From contig NMRA01000207.1 in NCBI GenBank assembly GCA_002633005.1, forward strand, positions 333,470-397,469: a stretch of DNA of 64,000 nt. Direction: 5' to 3'. The DNA comes from Phoronis australis. Its lineage: Eukaryota > Animalia > Phoronida. Positions 13,483-25,733 of the stretch are shown in pieces; position 1 is the stretch's first letter, and each line of letters begins with the position of its first letter. The notes under the pieces were generated by a model that was not told where the DNA came from, made no database searches, and saw only the letters and a program-made list of their open reading frames with translations. A program made the position numbers and the translations under genes.

Positions 13483-14921
13483 CTATAACAGCAACACCAA
13501 TAGTATTTCTAATGATATATTTATTTGAGTCCAAAACTCCATATAATTCTTGATTGCTCGAACACAAAAGAATAAGTAAAACAAAATAATGATACAATCA
13601 GTATATATGTGGGATGAAAACCTCTCTGCTTGAGCCCGCGCAAACAAAACCTTGTCATTGCGCAATCAGTGGTGGTTTTCAGGTCTTTCGGATTTATGAT
13701 TGAAGTTGAGAAATCGACCAATTTTTAATAACAGATTCGCTTTACGTCTGTATGTCTGTACACCAAGAAAAATATTCGATTACAGCCAATAATTGTCTTC
13801 ACTCGTCAGGTGGCGTATCATTTTGGTGAACCGTGGACATGGACTAGAGGAACAACTGAGATCTAATTTCTTGTCGATTTTTATATGATTAAATGGCTTA
13901 TTCCACATGACACCACTACGACGTACCTCTTTGGCTCCATTGTGAACGTGCCAACTGGAATTAAAAGGTACCGCTTTATTTTAGTTTATGCAAAAGAAAT
14001 TGTTTTTTTGTTTTGTTTTTTTTTTTGTTGCAAGAAATCTCGTTTTATTGAAGGCAATCTTTTCTGTGGCTAAATCGTCAGAAATGATGTTTTTGGGAGG
14101 CTTTGTTAGCCACTGACCTTATGTAACCAGTGGGCGCATTTGGTCCCTGACTGTTGGTCGGGGTTGAGCAAGTCATCATACGTTGTAAGCGAAGTACGGG
14201 ATCACGATGGCTTTGCTCGTGTCTTGCGTCCACGAAACGTGCCCCGATCAGCGACATCGATTAATTTTCAAACCCAAACAAAGTCCAAGATTTTCCCTCA
14301 CGAAACGGATTAAAACCATTGCAACTTGACAATGGTGTGTTTATGTGTACGAAAACACAGACTACTTGCGCGAGCTCGCGTGATTGGCTTCGTTGTGGCC
14401 AACTCTGACATTCTTGTGTAATTATGACCACACCTCTTCGCTGTATTTGTTATTTGTTTTTCATTATAAATTATTAGAGTCATATTAAAGCCAGCACTCG
14501 ACGGAGCGGTAATTTCTAAATGTCGTAGTCTTGACTAGTGGTGAAGTATAGGTGCGACGTTTTTTTGTTTCCGTAGACAATATTGAGGTTCGCACATGAA
14601 GTGAACATTAAGTAATCAGCTTGGGAGAACAAAACTTAGCAAATTTTGACAAGTTTCTTTTTAGAAGCGGAAGCTTTGCGTTTTTAATAATACTGCTAAG
14701 AGTGTAACGTAGAAAATAAATCTGAAACTAAATAAGGCGATCCAGATCCTCTCATGGATAATATTGTTTCACGAAATGTAGAATGTCTATACATATTAAA
14801 TGTCAATTGTCATACAGTGCTTGATTTTACTTTATTTCTGTTACTATTGACGAAGGATGTCATTTTATCCAAAAATTTCAGTTGATCCATTGTTGTTGTT
14901 TTATTTACCTATACATATATA

Positions 14922-14969
14922 TACATACATACATACATACATACATACATACATACATACATACATACA

Positions 14970-14998
<29 letters not shown>
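14922..14998. repeat. (TACA)n microsatellite flanked by (TA)n
   Basis: Direct read. Confidence 0.95.
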
Positions 14999-15005
<7 letters not shown>

Positions 15006-15887
15006 TATGCTAAGAGTGCGCACACAAGAGAACTTTCACTGTTAGCTTCTAAATCTAATCAAGGATTTTCACGTACAAAACGTTCATTCTAATTACCACA
15101 TTATTTATTTTTGTAACATCAAGTAGTATATGAATAGAGGGATCCGTCTCTATGTTTCGTTCCAAAATTTTAGTAACGAAACATTTACCAGCTCAGTTTC
15201 TAGACTTTTAACCAATAAAACTGATTTTAATATTCCCTAAAATTATGTTGCTAATAACATTGTTTAAAGACACTTGCTCCCCCTGGAGGAGGATTTTCAA
15301 AAGTTTATTCATGATGTCTCGTGGTATCGGAAATTACACCACGTTTCAGCATCGATTTGGCAGTGAGCTACTCAATACATGTAATTTGCCTTGGGATACT
15401 TGACTGATCGCATTTGTCTTGATAATTTTTCGCTTTTATCGCTAAGGTACCTTTAACAAAACTACAAGACTGATGAGTATGTTTGTGAAATAGAGTTACG
15501 CGTAACCTCTACATGTGTCATGACTGAGAAAATGCCGTTTTAAGATATAGGTTGTCAAATAATCTCGGCAGTCCAAGTTGTAGACCTGTATGCATTACCA
15601 TGCATCTACGTTCATAGAATGTACTATACATAAATTTCGTTTAGATTATTATCACTAAGTGCAGTTTATCCGTCGAAAGTGATACACGAAACATGTACGA
15701 TAACTAATTCACACATGAAATTGTTTCAACCATATGTTTGGTCGCAAACGTGTTCTGGCTGGATTCGTGTGATCACGGATGCATGAAAGCTTTCCCTCTG
15801 ATAGTTTAAACAAGTTAACAAGCACAGACTTAGGCGAATATAATTTCCCCGTAGGAAGATCGAATCACCGTACTCCTGCAGCAGCAT

Positions 15888-16822
15888 CCGGAACACCTCG
15901 GGTATTTTCGTAGCCTCAAATATTCCTTCGAGCGTGTTTCACATCTGCGCATGTGCAAACTTCAAACCAAACAGCCAAAGGGATTTGATGAAGAGACGGT
16001 TAAAATCATGGTTTCAGCCATGAGGTTTCACAAGTCATGCACAACGTTATCAACCCTTAGTCTGCATTATTTCAAGCCTGTTATCACAAGTGTATCACGG
16101 CGCATTCGGCGGTATTCTTGCTGTAACGATTTAAGTTCACACAGATATGAAGCAGATATGAAAAACCTCCCAAGCACTTAGGGTATATTCATTCCCCCAA
16201 ATTATCAATCGGAGGTGTTCCATGTCTACGCATGTGCTAACTTTCATCAGAACGGCAAGTCATGTGACTTTCAAAATGGAATACACCGGAATATCTAATA
16301 CGAGATACGGAAACAGGATAAAACGTGAAATAGCATATCACGTACTAAGATTGTTAAGCAGCTAGCCATGATTTTAATCGTCTGTTAACCGTATGCCTTT
16401 GCTGTTCTGATTGAAGTTCGCTTTTGGGCAGATGTCAAACACCTCTGACGAAGGATAATTTGAGCCCACGAAAAAAACCCGAGGTGCTCCGAATGCCTCA
16501 ACATCTCTTGGACGCGTTTCATAGGCCTAACTGTGCATGTGCGAACTTCAGTCATTGCATCATATCATGTGACTCTCAAAATGGAGAATATCGTCGAATA
16601 CCTCTGCGATAACAATTTTAAACCAAGAGATAACAGAAGATCTGGAAGCTGATTGATCAAAAATGACGTCGTCTACGACTGTTGAGGCCTTCAAAGTCGT
16701 GATTTGACCCCCTGTTGACCAAATTCTTTTGACATAATGATTGAAGTTTGCACATGCGTATATAAGACTGAAACACCGAGGAATAATTGGGGGATACGAA
16801 AATATCCGAAGCGTTGGGGATG
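15888..16822. repeat. Cluster of ~80-bp degenerate modules in mixed orientation
   Basis: Core GCATGTGCAAACTTCA-like copies near 15948, 16230 and 16535 (+); inverted copies TTGAAGTTCGC at ~16411 and TTGAAGTTTGCACATGCG at 16741. Confidence 0.55.
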
Positions 16823-17626
16823 CCCTGAGGAATAATTCGAATCCACGAAATTACCCGACGTGTTCCAGATGGCACCAGTTCCACTACATGCATTCATACG
16901 ACGAGGATATCTTTGATTGTGTCTTGCCAAACAAAACAAGAACTATAAATACCGCCCTTTAAGTCAACTGTTTTGTAAACAGAACGCGATCGAAACTAAA
17001 ACTGAGATGCTGTTATTTTGCGACGTTCCGAAATATCGGTGAGAATTAGATCTTAGAACAAACAACCAAATCGCCCAAACACAATACCAAAAAAAATTTC
17101 CGTTGCTCTAGATTGATCATAATTCAGTCTACATTCACGTGCGTTGTTATTTGAACAACCAAACATAAGAATTTGTAAAACTACGATTTCAACCTCGAAT
17201 ATAATAACTTGAGCATCGTTGTTGAATTTCAATAGATGATTTCTATTTGAGTTTACTAAAGGATAACTGCATTCTAAATGCCGTGACTGAGTGCGCGTTT
17301 GGTTGGGTAAATATATTTTCTGAAATAAGTCAACTCTTACATTGTGCGCTATGAAGAAAACTCTCTCTAAATGTCTTGATGTTAATCTACGTCACGACAG
17401 CGTCACAAATATGACTGCGCAGACTTCTATTCAAACTCTTCCTCATTTCGATTGTTCTAAGCTATCTTGGCAAAGATGGCTTCAGTATCAACGTCAAGAC
17501 AGCATTTTAATACGTGTAGATGTAAAGGAATAAGAAATGACAATGACTATTGGCGTAGCCAGAGGTACGTATCTAGAGGTGCCGAACGCGAAATTGTTGG
17601 CGCCCGGGGTAGGCTAAAATGACAGT

Positions 17627-18018
17627 GGCCGGTTGTATGAAGCAGTCCCAAGTAGGGACTCAACTACTCAACTAAGTTCCCTGAGTCTTTTTGCGTATTT
17701 GTGTCTTTGTGGACTCACAGATGCAATATTTATCTGTCATTCCATCTTTATTATGAGCTCCTCTTTGATTAATTAGCCCAAATTTCATTGAAAATAAATA
17801 TTGACTCAGTCCTTAAATTGGGGATGTTGCATGTAAAGATCGTTAATTATTTTCGACAATATTGACAATTCAACGTAGAGTTCACTTTCCTTTTGTATCA
17901 AAGTCAAACGTTGACGCAGTAATGAAACTAAAACAATGCAATAAAGGACAATCGATGTTTTCACAAGTCCAAAAATACTTAGTTGAGTCCCTATTTGGGA
18001 ATGTTTCAAGCAAATGAG
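17627..18018. mobile_element. MITE (same family as 57494-57924)
   Basis: TIRs CAGTCCCAAGTAGGGACTCAACTA / TAGTTGAGTCCCTATTTGGGA; interior aligns by eye with the copy in the HCN intron. Confidence 0.7.
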
Positions 18019-19581
18019 CACCGGCAACCTCTATGCACGTTGCGAACAGAACAGGCCAAACACAAAACTGAAATTCGTTTCGTCCAGCCAGACAGCTTTT
18101 TTGCAATAAGTAGAGCGTCCGTTGCTCCTTTGCACCCCCCGTGACTACGTCAGTGAAAACGACTATGCCATGAAAAAAATCTGAGCTTACCTCGTCTGGC
18201 CACTTTCTTTTTGCATTCTTTTTAAATGAAATCGACGAGGAAAACTGTGTAGTGACAACCTCAGTTACCTCTCTTCAAATGAAAACGTTGTTTCAGCAAT
18301 TTGTATGTTATCTTTTGGCACCAAACGGCTTTTCTTTCCAATCTTTCATGAGCGGCTGTAGATCGGACCTCGATCGTGCCATGTGGAGTAGAGCGATGGA
18401 CGAATCTTAACCTCGTTACAGTAACTCTGTTTTCGATCGAGAATCCACACCTTGCTTAGATTCGCGATAAAATGTGTGTCTTATTTTGTGAAAACACATC
18501 CGACATATTCCCCACGCATGGTTTTTAAATCTAGAAAATGTTGTTACGTTCATAACAATGTTTAGAACGATTTCTCAAAAGTTCACGCGGCAAATTATGA
18601 TGATATGAACCGCATGTGTACACATGATGTGAATAACGTCTGATGTCGGTACTGAAATTTGAAAATATATCGGAAACTTGGGACATCGTAGAAACAGTTT
18701 GGAAGAACTAGAACGGTATGAATAAAAAGGAAGTTTGCAACCCCCAGATTTCGATGATCATCACGCTTTTGATGAGCGCTACTTCATAGTTTGGGGGCAG
18801 CAGATTATATTATGCTCGATATTTCATTTTCAACAAAACCATACGGCTTGACTCGGTGCCAAACGGGCCAAAGGCGACGAAAATTCCAAACCTGGGAATC
18901 ATTGTGTTGAACACCAACCAAGCCAGATGTCTCGGATAAAAAACGTGTTTTTCGTTAAACATGCGCGCCTTACATGGTTGGCGTTTTAGATCAAAATATC
19001 TCGCAGAAGGCTCCTTTTGTTTTTGCGATCAACGCGAAATGTTTTAAACATGTTCGACGGTGATTTACAGAGGAATCAAACTGTGATTTTTTCACAAAAG
19101 GAAAGACGGTTACATTATCGCGAGATGGTAAACCCATCACACGTCCGGTGCATGCGAATGTCATTAGTGGATGTTCTATAGCGTGAATGTAGTTCTCGCT
19201 TTGTGGATGTTAGCAAAAACAATTGAATATGAATCAGGCATAGGGTTTTACATGTTGCACACGAAGCAGGATTATTATCTGCCGGGGAGGCCTCCGTGTC
19301 CTTTTGATATCCCGATTGAGGGTTTTGTTTTCCCGCTCGTTATGATACAAATTTTGTTGTGACTTACGACGCACACGTGTCACGCAGCGATTATAAAACC
19401 TTCACATCGATCGTGATTGGAGTGAAAAGAGATCTAATATGACCTTACGTCAAATCTTGAAATTGTTCGCACTTGCGTAACGTCTACTGTGGTTACAAAT
19501 AAAAGAAGCGGCATATTACTTTAAAAGTCGTGTTCGTTACCGTGTCCTGCGGTGACGTCTATTTCAGTTATCTAAGGTGAC

Positions 19582-20085
19582 ACTCTCGCTGGTTCCCTGC
19601 GTGCCACTAACCAGCACGCAGGTAGCACGCGCTTTATCATTGGTTGATATAACCTCGGCAATCATTGGTTAGATTTTCAGCACCGTGAGAAAACGGCGGA
19701 CAAACGATTTTTAGCCTTCATGCAAGTGTCGTAGCAGCAACTATTTCGTTTCTGCAGTGATGCTAAGAGCCACATGCACATATATGTACAATAAACACGG
19801 CAACGTAAACTAAAGTCAGAGACAGTAGAAAGATGCACTCTGAAATGGAGCGACCACAATTTTCTGGGATTCACATTTCTTGAACATGAATTTTAAGCAC
19901 AAATTTGTCTGTACAACAGACCCCATTACACTTACATATCAGTCATGCCAGTTTGTTTGCGTAAAGCGCTGCCTGGTGAGCATTCGGACAGCCAATCAGA
20001 AACGCCGGTGTAAAATAAATTTCCCGAGGAAAATTAAGTGATGCTGGATACCCCCTAGCGGCACGCAGGGAACCAGCGAAAGGGT
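19582..20085. mobile_element. ~500-bp non-autonomous DNA element with TIRs
   Basis: TCGCTGGTTCCCTGCGTGCC (19586-19605) is the exact reverse complement of GGCACGCAGGGAACCAGCGA (20060-20079). Confidence 0.7.
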
Positions 20086-23000
20086 ACACTTTGTGTTGTT
20101 CGAAAGGAAGTTGCTTTGCGTGAGCCATTGCAAAGTTTTTGTGAGTTTTGTAGACCCGATGAAATATGCCTATAATTGTGCGACCGACTCTACGCCAACT
20201 GCTTTGAATATGGTTAATGAAATTTTGGTTTTCAACTGTTGTTAAGTGAACAACTTCCTTAAAGGCATTCCTTCCAATTTCGACCTCTTTAAAACAGAGA
20301 TTGAGATCCATTAGTCGAATAATTTCAAATTCAAATTTTCAAAATTAAAAAAATAATATAATTTCGTTTACTAGGAATATCGTGAGTTGCAGCTTATATA
20401 TATTTGCGTTTTTAATTGTCAACTTTTATGAGTTTATTCATCATCATTTGTGACTAATTAGTTTGAGTTTTAATTTACGTTTTAACTAAATTCAGACGGT
20501 AAAGTAGCTTTAAATATTATAGAGGACCAATAGGCGGTACACTTTCGGTATTCAGGGCAAGTGGTCGGCCAGATGCGAGACACGCACCTGCTGCGGAACG
20601 GTTACACAAATTTAACTAAAATTCGAAACAAATGTAACAAAAGATTTCATGGAATCGCTCGAGTGGTGTTACACATATGGAAATGGAAATGGTTCCACGC
20701 TGCTGTCTCATATAACAATGGTAAATGTGTCGCCTATAATTCACGGGTTTCTCTGTACCGAAAAATAAGATAGCCGCTACCTAAGACTGAATGCTCTATA
20801 CGAGGCAGTTTTATTTTATTTTGTTCACGAAGTAACTCGCGTACATTATCAGACAAGACAGTCATTGCCGTTTGTTAAGTTAATGTGAATTTTATGGGTT
20901 TTTGTTACCGAGGAAACGACGTTGGATGGTAAAACGATTGAAAGTAATTATGTAACAGTTTGATCAAATGGAAATGAGATAAACAGAGAATGCTGTGCTT
21001 TAAAAACATCTTAATCTGATTTCTGTTTCATCTTTGCAAAGTCGACTGTCATTGGTTACTGAGAGCGGGATTTATCGTTATTGTCTTCGTCGGAAATGTC
21101 ACCTGTGAAAACATCGTGAAGTCTTCGTCTCTGTGATCGGTCACGGCTTGGAAGGTTTTAGCTACTTGATTGGTCTTAACTGCAAAATTTACACAGAAGA
21201 GCCCAAGTTCCAACAATCAGTGAATTACATCATGTCACTCTACATATATTTTGGATATGTATATATGTTGGATTTTCGCTTTAAAATGTCGCAAAAATTA
21301 ATCTATTGTTTATTGTGGCGAAACACAATGTTTGGCCTGAAAAGTAACTTCTGATACTTTTTTCACAAAGTGTTAGCGCTGACTTTTAATAGACTTTGAC
21401 AAAACAACCGGGAAAAAGTACCGGAAAGCTCGGAATAGAATGAATCCATCAACAAATTAATATCAAATTTCTGAAAGATGAATTAGGTGTTCCGTATCAG
21501 TTCTTGATTGAGACTGGGTAAAAACAATACGGTGATTTGCATTGATTCGTCAAGGTATATATTTGTCATAGATGTGTCATCGAATTTAATTTCCTGAGGA
21601 TTGAGTCACGAATATTGTGGTCACTTCAGTGCTTCGTTCAGCTCCCATGAGATGTCCGACAATCGCGTCATTTCGAAGTCCACGTTCCAACTCGAGACCA
21701 GAGAACCGATGGTTCAGTTAGAATCGCGGCTCTCTCTGCAGGGTGTATCAAGAATGTCTTTCGCTCATGTACAGTGCCATTATTCCAGGCGCATGCGCAC
21801 GAACTTCGCTGAGAAAACGGGTTAATTGTAAACTAACGTGATCACCGACCTGCCGTATAGTGTCAACCAAATTATAAAAAGGAGCTTACCAGTTACTTTT
21901 TTAAACTGTTCTATAGCAGGCCTACACGCTTTGTCTTATTAAATCATCACAGAAATCAACACCGCAATATCAAAATGTAATAATTATGTACAAAATTTAT
22001 TCAAGAATCCTTAGCTATGAAGGTTAACTAACTTAATTTCGCGTCATGTCAATTTGTACGGAATATCAAACGGACAGGCCCGTTCACTGAACACCAAGCT
22101 CGAAGACACTACGCGAGAAGAGCTAGTGCGATCACGTGCTTCGCTTGTAATTTCGTGGCAAGATCTCACGAAGGAAATGCAGAACAGTATTAGCCTTATA
22201 ATCCTTGGGCGACAAGGTCACCGTTGTGTTCACAAGTAGATTTATGTCGCTGAATCTCCGGCGCACTTCGGATCGTTCGCGTTCTTTTATTTCAGTTGTC
22301 ATAGCGACACCAGGCGATAATCTCATTATTACACAGAAACCTTGTGTGTCGTTGGTTGACACCCCGGAGTTGGCGCGTGACTCAGTACCCCGGTGGCCAT
22401 ACTCTCAGTGCCCAGTTTTAAAGGGGTGTGCCGCGGAACTCTTGAAAGGTCGCCTATTGGAAACCTTTATCCTAATATAATGCCTCATTGTTGTTTCCCA
22501 ACAGTTTTGCCCCGTCGTCACGAATGTGTCTTTACAGCGCATGTCCAGAGATTATGACCGATCGGAAACAGCTGTTTCGTTTTTCGCAAAAATATATCTC
22601 AACGGAATTCTATGTGACAAAATGGGCCATGGCGTGCAATGTTTTGTTTAAAAGCTTATGATTTAAAAGGGTACATCCTAGCATACTTGAGCAATCTTCG
22701 GAGGAGCCACATAACCCGAACTGCACGGATTCCGAATATTCTCCACAACGTATGTACACTGCCATCAAACGCTAATGCCCGAGCCACGCCTGAAAACAAC
22801 GCAACATCGTGTAACATCGTGCAACATCGTACAACGTCGTGCACACCAGTGTCCTCATGAGCAGGAACACCGATAAGCAGTCTTAAAATTGCAAACTGCA
22901 ACTATCATTTAGTATTAAACTTTTGAATGTTTCCTCCCTCTAGAAGAAAGCATAGGTGAACAGCTTTCGCTAAAATAATTATATTTTTAAAATTATATGA

Positions 23001-24611
23001 ATTATATGAAAGAATCACCATCTGTCTTCTTAAACATTAAAAGGCAAATCCTGCCGAGCACCTTCTACCGGTATTTGCGTACTGTCTGTCTTTTCCACAG
23101 TTGACGGTTAAATACATGTAGCAATCGCCTGACGCTTATATAAATGTCTTCAAAGACTACCTATCATCGAATTTTATAGCGTTTTTATTTGGTTACTATT
23201 AGTCGAATGCTGTTCAACCTTGAGCAGTCGGAAGACAGGCACTCGAGGCAGAGTGATGCCAAGATTGTATAAGTATTTTGGTATTCAACAAGTTATGAAG
23301 GATTTTGTGAGTTGATTCCGGTGTGCAGTTTCAGGCGTAATGCCGGAAGAAGCGAAATGATCTCATATTTTAAGGTTTTGTCAACATACAGTATGCTGGC
23401 TGTGTCTGGCCAAACACAAACTACTATTTTTGTGTTTTCCTCTTGCATAATTCATAAATGTATGTGTTTGGTAAGAAATTCCTGACAATTTGTTATATAA
23501 CTTAAGAAATCCTGGTCCACGGCCGTGAGAGAACAACGAAAATTTCGACTGCATAACTGATTCAAGCTATGTTCGCAGTTATGGGATCGTGGCTCAAATT
23601 TGAAAGAGCAGTTCGATATCAATAAGTGTGAAATGCTTATAAAAATCTGTGTTTTCCTCTGAAAATGGTCAACAGTTCTCCAAAAGAGACAATCGTTTCC
23701 GGCTTTTTCTCACTACTGAAACGAAACGTGTTATTGAATTAAGCTTACAAACGATGACATCTCAAATCTGTTCTCCCCATGATGATAAAGAACATTAGAA
23801 AGTTTCAAAATACATCCAGTTTTGACGTGGTTGGCCCACTCGTACAACACTGTGATTCTTTTTAATGGCAGAAATTCGTGAAAACTATCCTACCAAGAGG
23901 AACTTTGAGTCAAATTTGCGAGACATAATTTCGTAATTTCCATGATTAAGGGCACTCAAAATGACATGTTTTTACATTCCCAGTGCCCCAAATATATATA
24001 TATAATCGGAAAAGGGGGTATATAAACGGAAATTGTGTCACTTGCACGTCACCGATTCGGAAATTTTGAAGGATACCTTTGCGAATACAGTTCAAGTTCC
24101 GTCGCCACCGAGAGTAGCGACATCTACCGACATAGAATATTGTTTTTCTTTGACATCCGCTTACATTGTTTCTTTGAGAACAAACTACAAACTCAAAAAC
24201 ATTTTAATTGTGGCTCATCCATGTGGCTAAATTCGCGAAATTTTAGGAGTATATGCCCAAGGTTGCTTTTTTGGGAAGCGTTCTTTACGGAAAATCTTGG
24301 AAAGTGGGAGTGAAATGCAACTAAAGTCACCCAGAAACACCGAACCATACACTTTGCCTTTTGCCATAAAACAAAAATCCTCAACAGTTGTGTTTTAACA
24401 CAATTTAAAAATTGTAGGAAATTTCGTGGAAACAAAAAGCATGAATTATAGTAATCTCTCAATTTCTCAGATATTATTGACAAAAATAGACGGTAGATTT
24501 GTTTTTCCGTGATTGTTAAGACCAGTAAACAAATCACAAATTATGATTACCGTCAAAGTTCAAAAACAACTTGAAGGACATATGTATAATTTTATTAATA
24601 AAATATCGCGA

Positions 24612-24684
24612 GCTCCTGTAGTGTAGCGGTTATCACGTCTGCTTTACACGCAGAAGGTCCCTGGTTCGAGCCCAGGCAGGAGCA
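24612..24684 (+). tRNA. tRNA-Val(TAC), copy 1 of tandem array
   Basis: Full 73-nt cloverleaf: acceptor GCTCCTG/CAGGAGC, anticodon arm TCTGC-TT-TAC-AC-GCAGA, T arm CCTGG-TTCGAGC-CCAGG; TTTT terminator just downstream. Confidence 0.95.
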
Positions 24685-24787
24685 ACAGTTTTAAGGGCTG
24701 TTGTTTCAATCAACAGACTTTTTTACCTAATACCCGATGCGAATACAATGTCTGATGACATGTTATCCACCACGAGTACGCAAACAA

Positions 24788-24860
24788 GCTCCTGTAGTGT
24801 AGCGGTTATCACGTCTGCTTCACACGCAGAAGGTCCCTGGTTCGAGCCCAGGCAGGAGCA
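24788..24860 (+). tRNA. tRNA-Val(CAC), copy 2
   Basis: Identical to copy 1 except anticodon CAC; all stems intact. Confidence 0.93.
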
Positions 24861-24963
24861 ACAGTTTTAAGGGTTGTTGTTTCAATCAACAGACTTTTTT
24901 ACCTAATACCCGATGCGAATACAATGTCTGATGACATGTTATCCACCACGTGTACGCAAACAA

Positions 24964-25036
24964 GCTCCTGTAGTGTAGCGGTTATCACGTCTGCTTCACA
25001 CGCAGAAGGTCCCTGGTTCGAGCCCAGGCAGGAGCA
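24964..25036 (+). tRNA. tRNA-Val(CAC), copy 3
   Basis: Identical to copy 2; intact cloverleaf. Confidence 0.93.
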
Positions 25037-25140
25037 ACAGTTTTAAGGGCTGTTGTTTCAATCAACAGACTTTTTAATCTAATGACCCTATGTGAATACA
25101 ATGTCTGGTGACATTTTATCCTCCATGAGTACGCAAACAA

Positions 25141-25213
25141 GCTCCTGTAGTGTAGCGGTTATCACGACTGCTTCACACGCAGAAGATCCCTGGTTCGAAC
25201 CCAGGCAGGAGCA
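25141..25213 (+). tRNA. tRNA-Val(CAC), copy 4 (variant)
   Basis: A-A mismatch at the top of the anticodon stem (ACTGC/GCAGA), variable loop AGATC; proximal TTTT changed to TTGT. Confidence 0.75.
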
Positions 25214-25316
25214 ACAGTTGTAAGGGTTGTTATTTCAATCAACAGACTTTTTTACCTAATACCCGATGCGAATACAATGTCTGATGACATTTTATCCACC
25301 ACGAGTACGCAAACAA

Positions 25317-25389
25317 GCTCTTGTAGTGTAACGGTGATCACGTCTGCTTCACACGCAGAATGTCCTTAGTTCGAGCCCAGGCAAGAGCA
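25317..25389 (+). tRNA. tRNA-Val(CAC), copy 5 (degenerate, possibly a pseudogene)
   Basis: Acceptor GCTCTTG/CAAGAGC fully paired, but T stem CTTAG/CCAGG is mismatched and the D loop has changes. Confidence 0.6.
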
Positions 25390-25486
25390 ACAGTTTTATA
25401 GGTTATTGTTTCAAGCAATATACTTTTTTACCTTCCCGATGTGGATACAATGTCTGATGACACGTAATCCACAATTACGCAAACAA

Positions 25487-25559
25487 GCTCTTGTGGTGTA
25501 GCGGTTATCACATCTGCTTCACACGCAGAAGGTCCCTGGTTCGAGCCCAGGCAGGAGCA
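25487..25559 (+). tRNA. tRNA-Val(CAC), copy 6
   Basis: Cloverleaf intact with a U-G wobble in the acceptor stem and substitutions at positions 9 and 26. Confidence 0.8.
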
Positions 25560-25660
25560 ACAGTTTTAAGGGCTGTTGTTTCAATCAACAGACTTTTTAA
25601 TCTAATGACCCTATGTGAATACAATGTCTGGTGACATTTTATCCACAACTAAGCAAACAA

Positions 25661-25733
25661 GCTCTTGCAGTATAGCGGTAATCACGTCTGCTTCACACGC
25701 AGAAGGTCATTGCTTCGAGTCCAGGCAGAAGAA
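25661..25733 (+). pseudogene. tRNA-Val(CAC) pseudogene, copy 7
   Basis: Anticodon arm retained, but acceptor (GCTCTTG/CAGAAGA) and T stem (ATTGC/CCAGG) are broken and U8 is lost. Confidence 0.8.

Noticed and set aside
13256-13721. Poly-Asn/poly-Ile ORFs
   Set aside because: Products of a trinucleotide repeat
22070-22195. Frame reading GPFTEHQARRHY, faintly like a kinase subdomain
   Set aside because: Following residues lack the HRD region and the frame soon stops; probably chance
24612-25733. CRISPR-like look of the regularly spaced array with end degeneration
   Set aside because: The repeats are 73-nt tRNA cloverleaves, the spacers are homologous to each other rather than unique, there are no cas genes, and the context is eukaryotic
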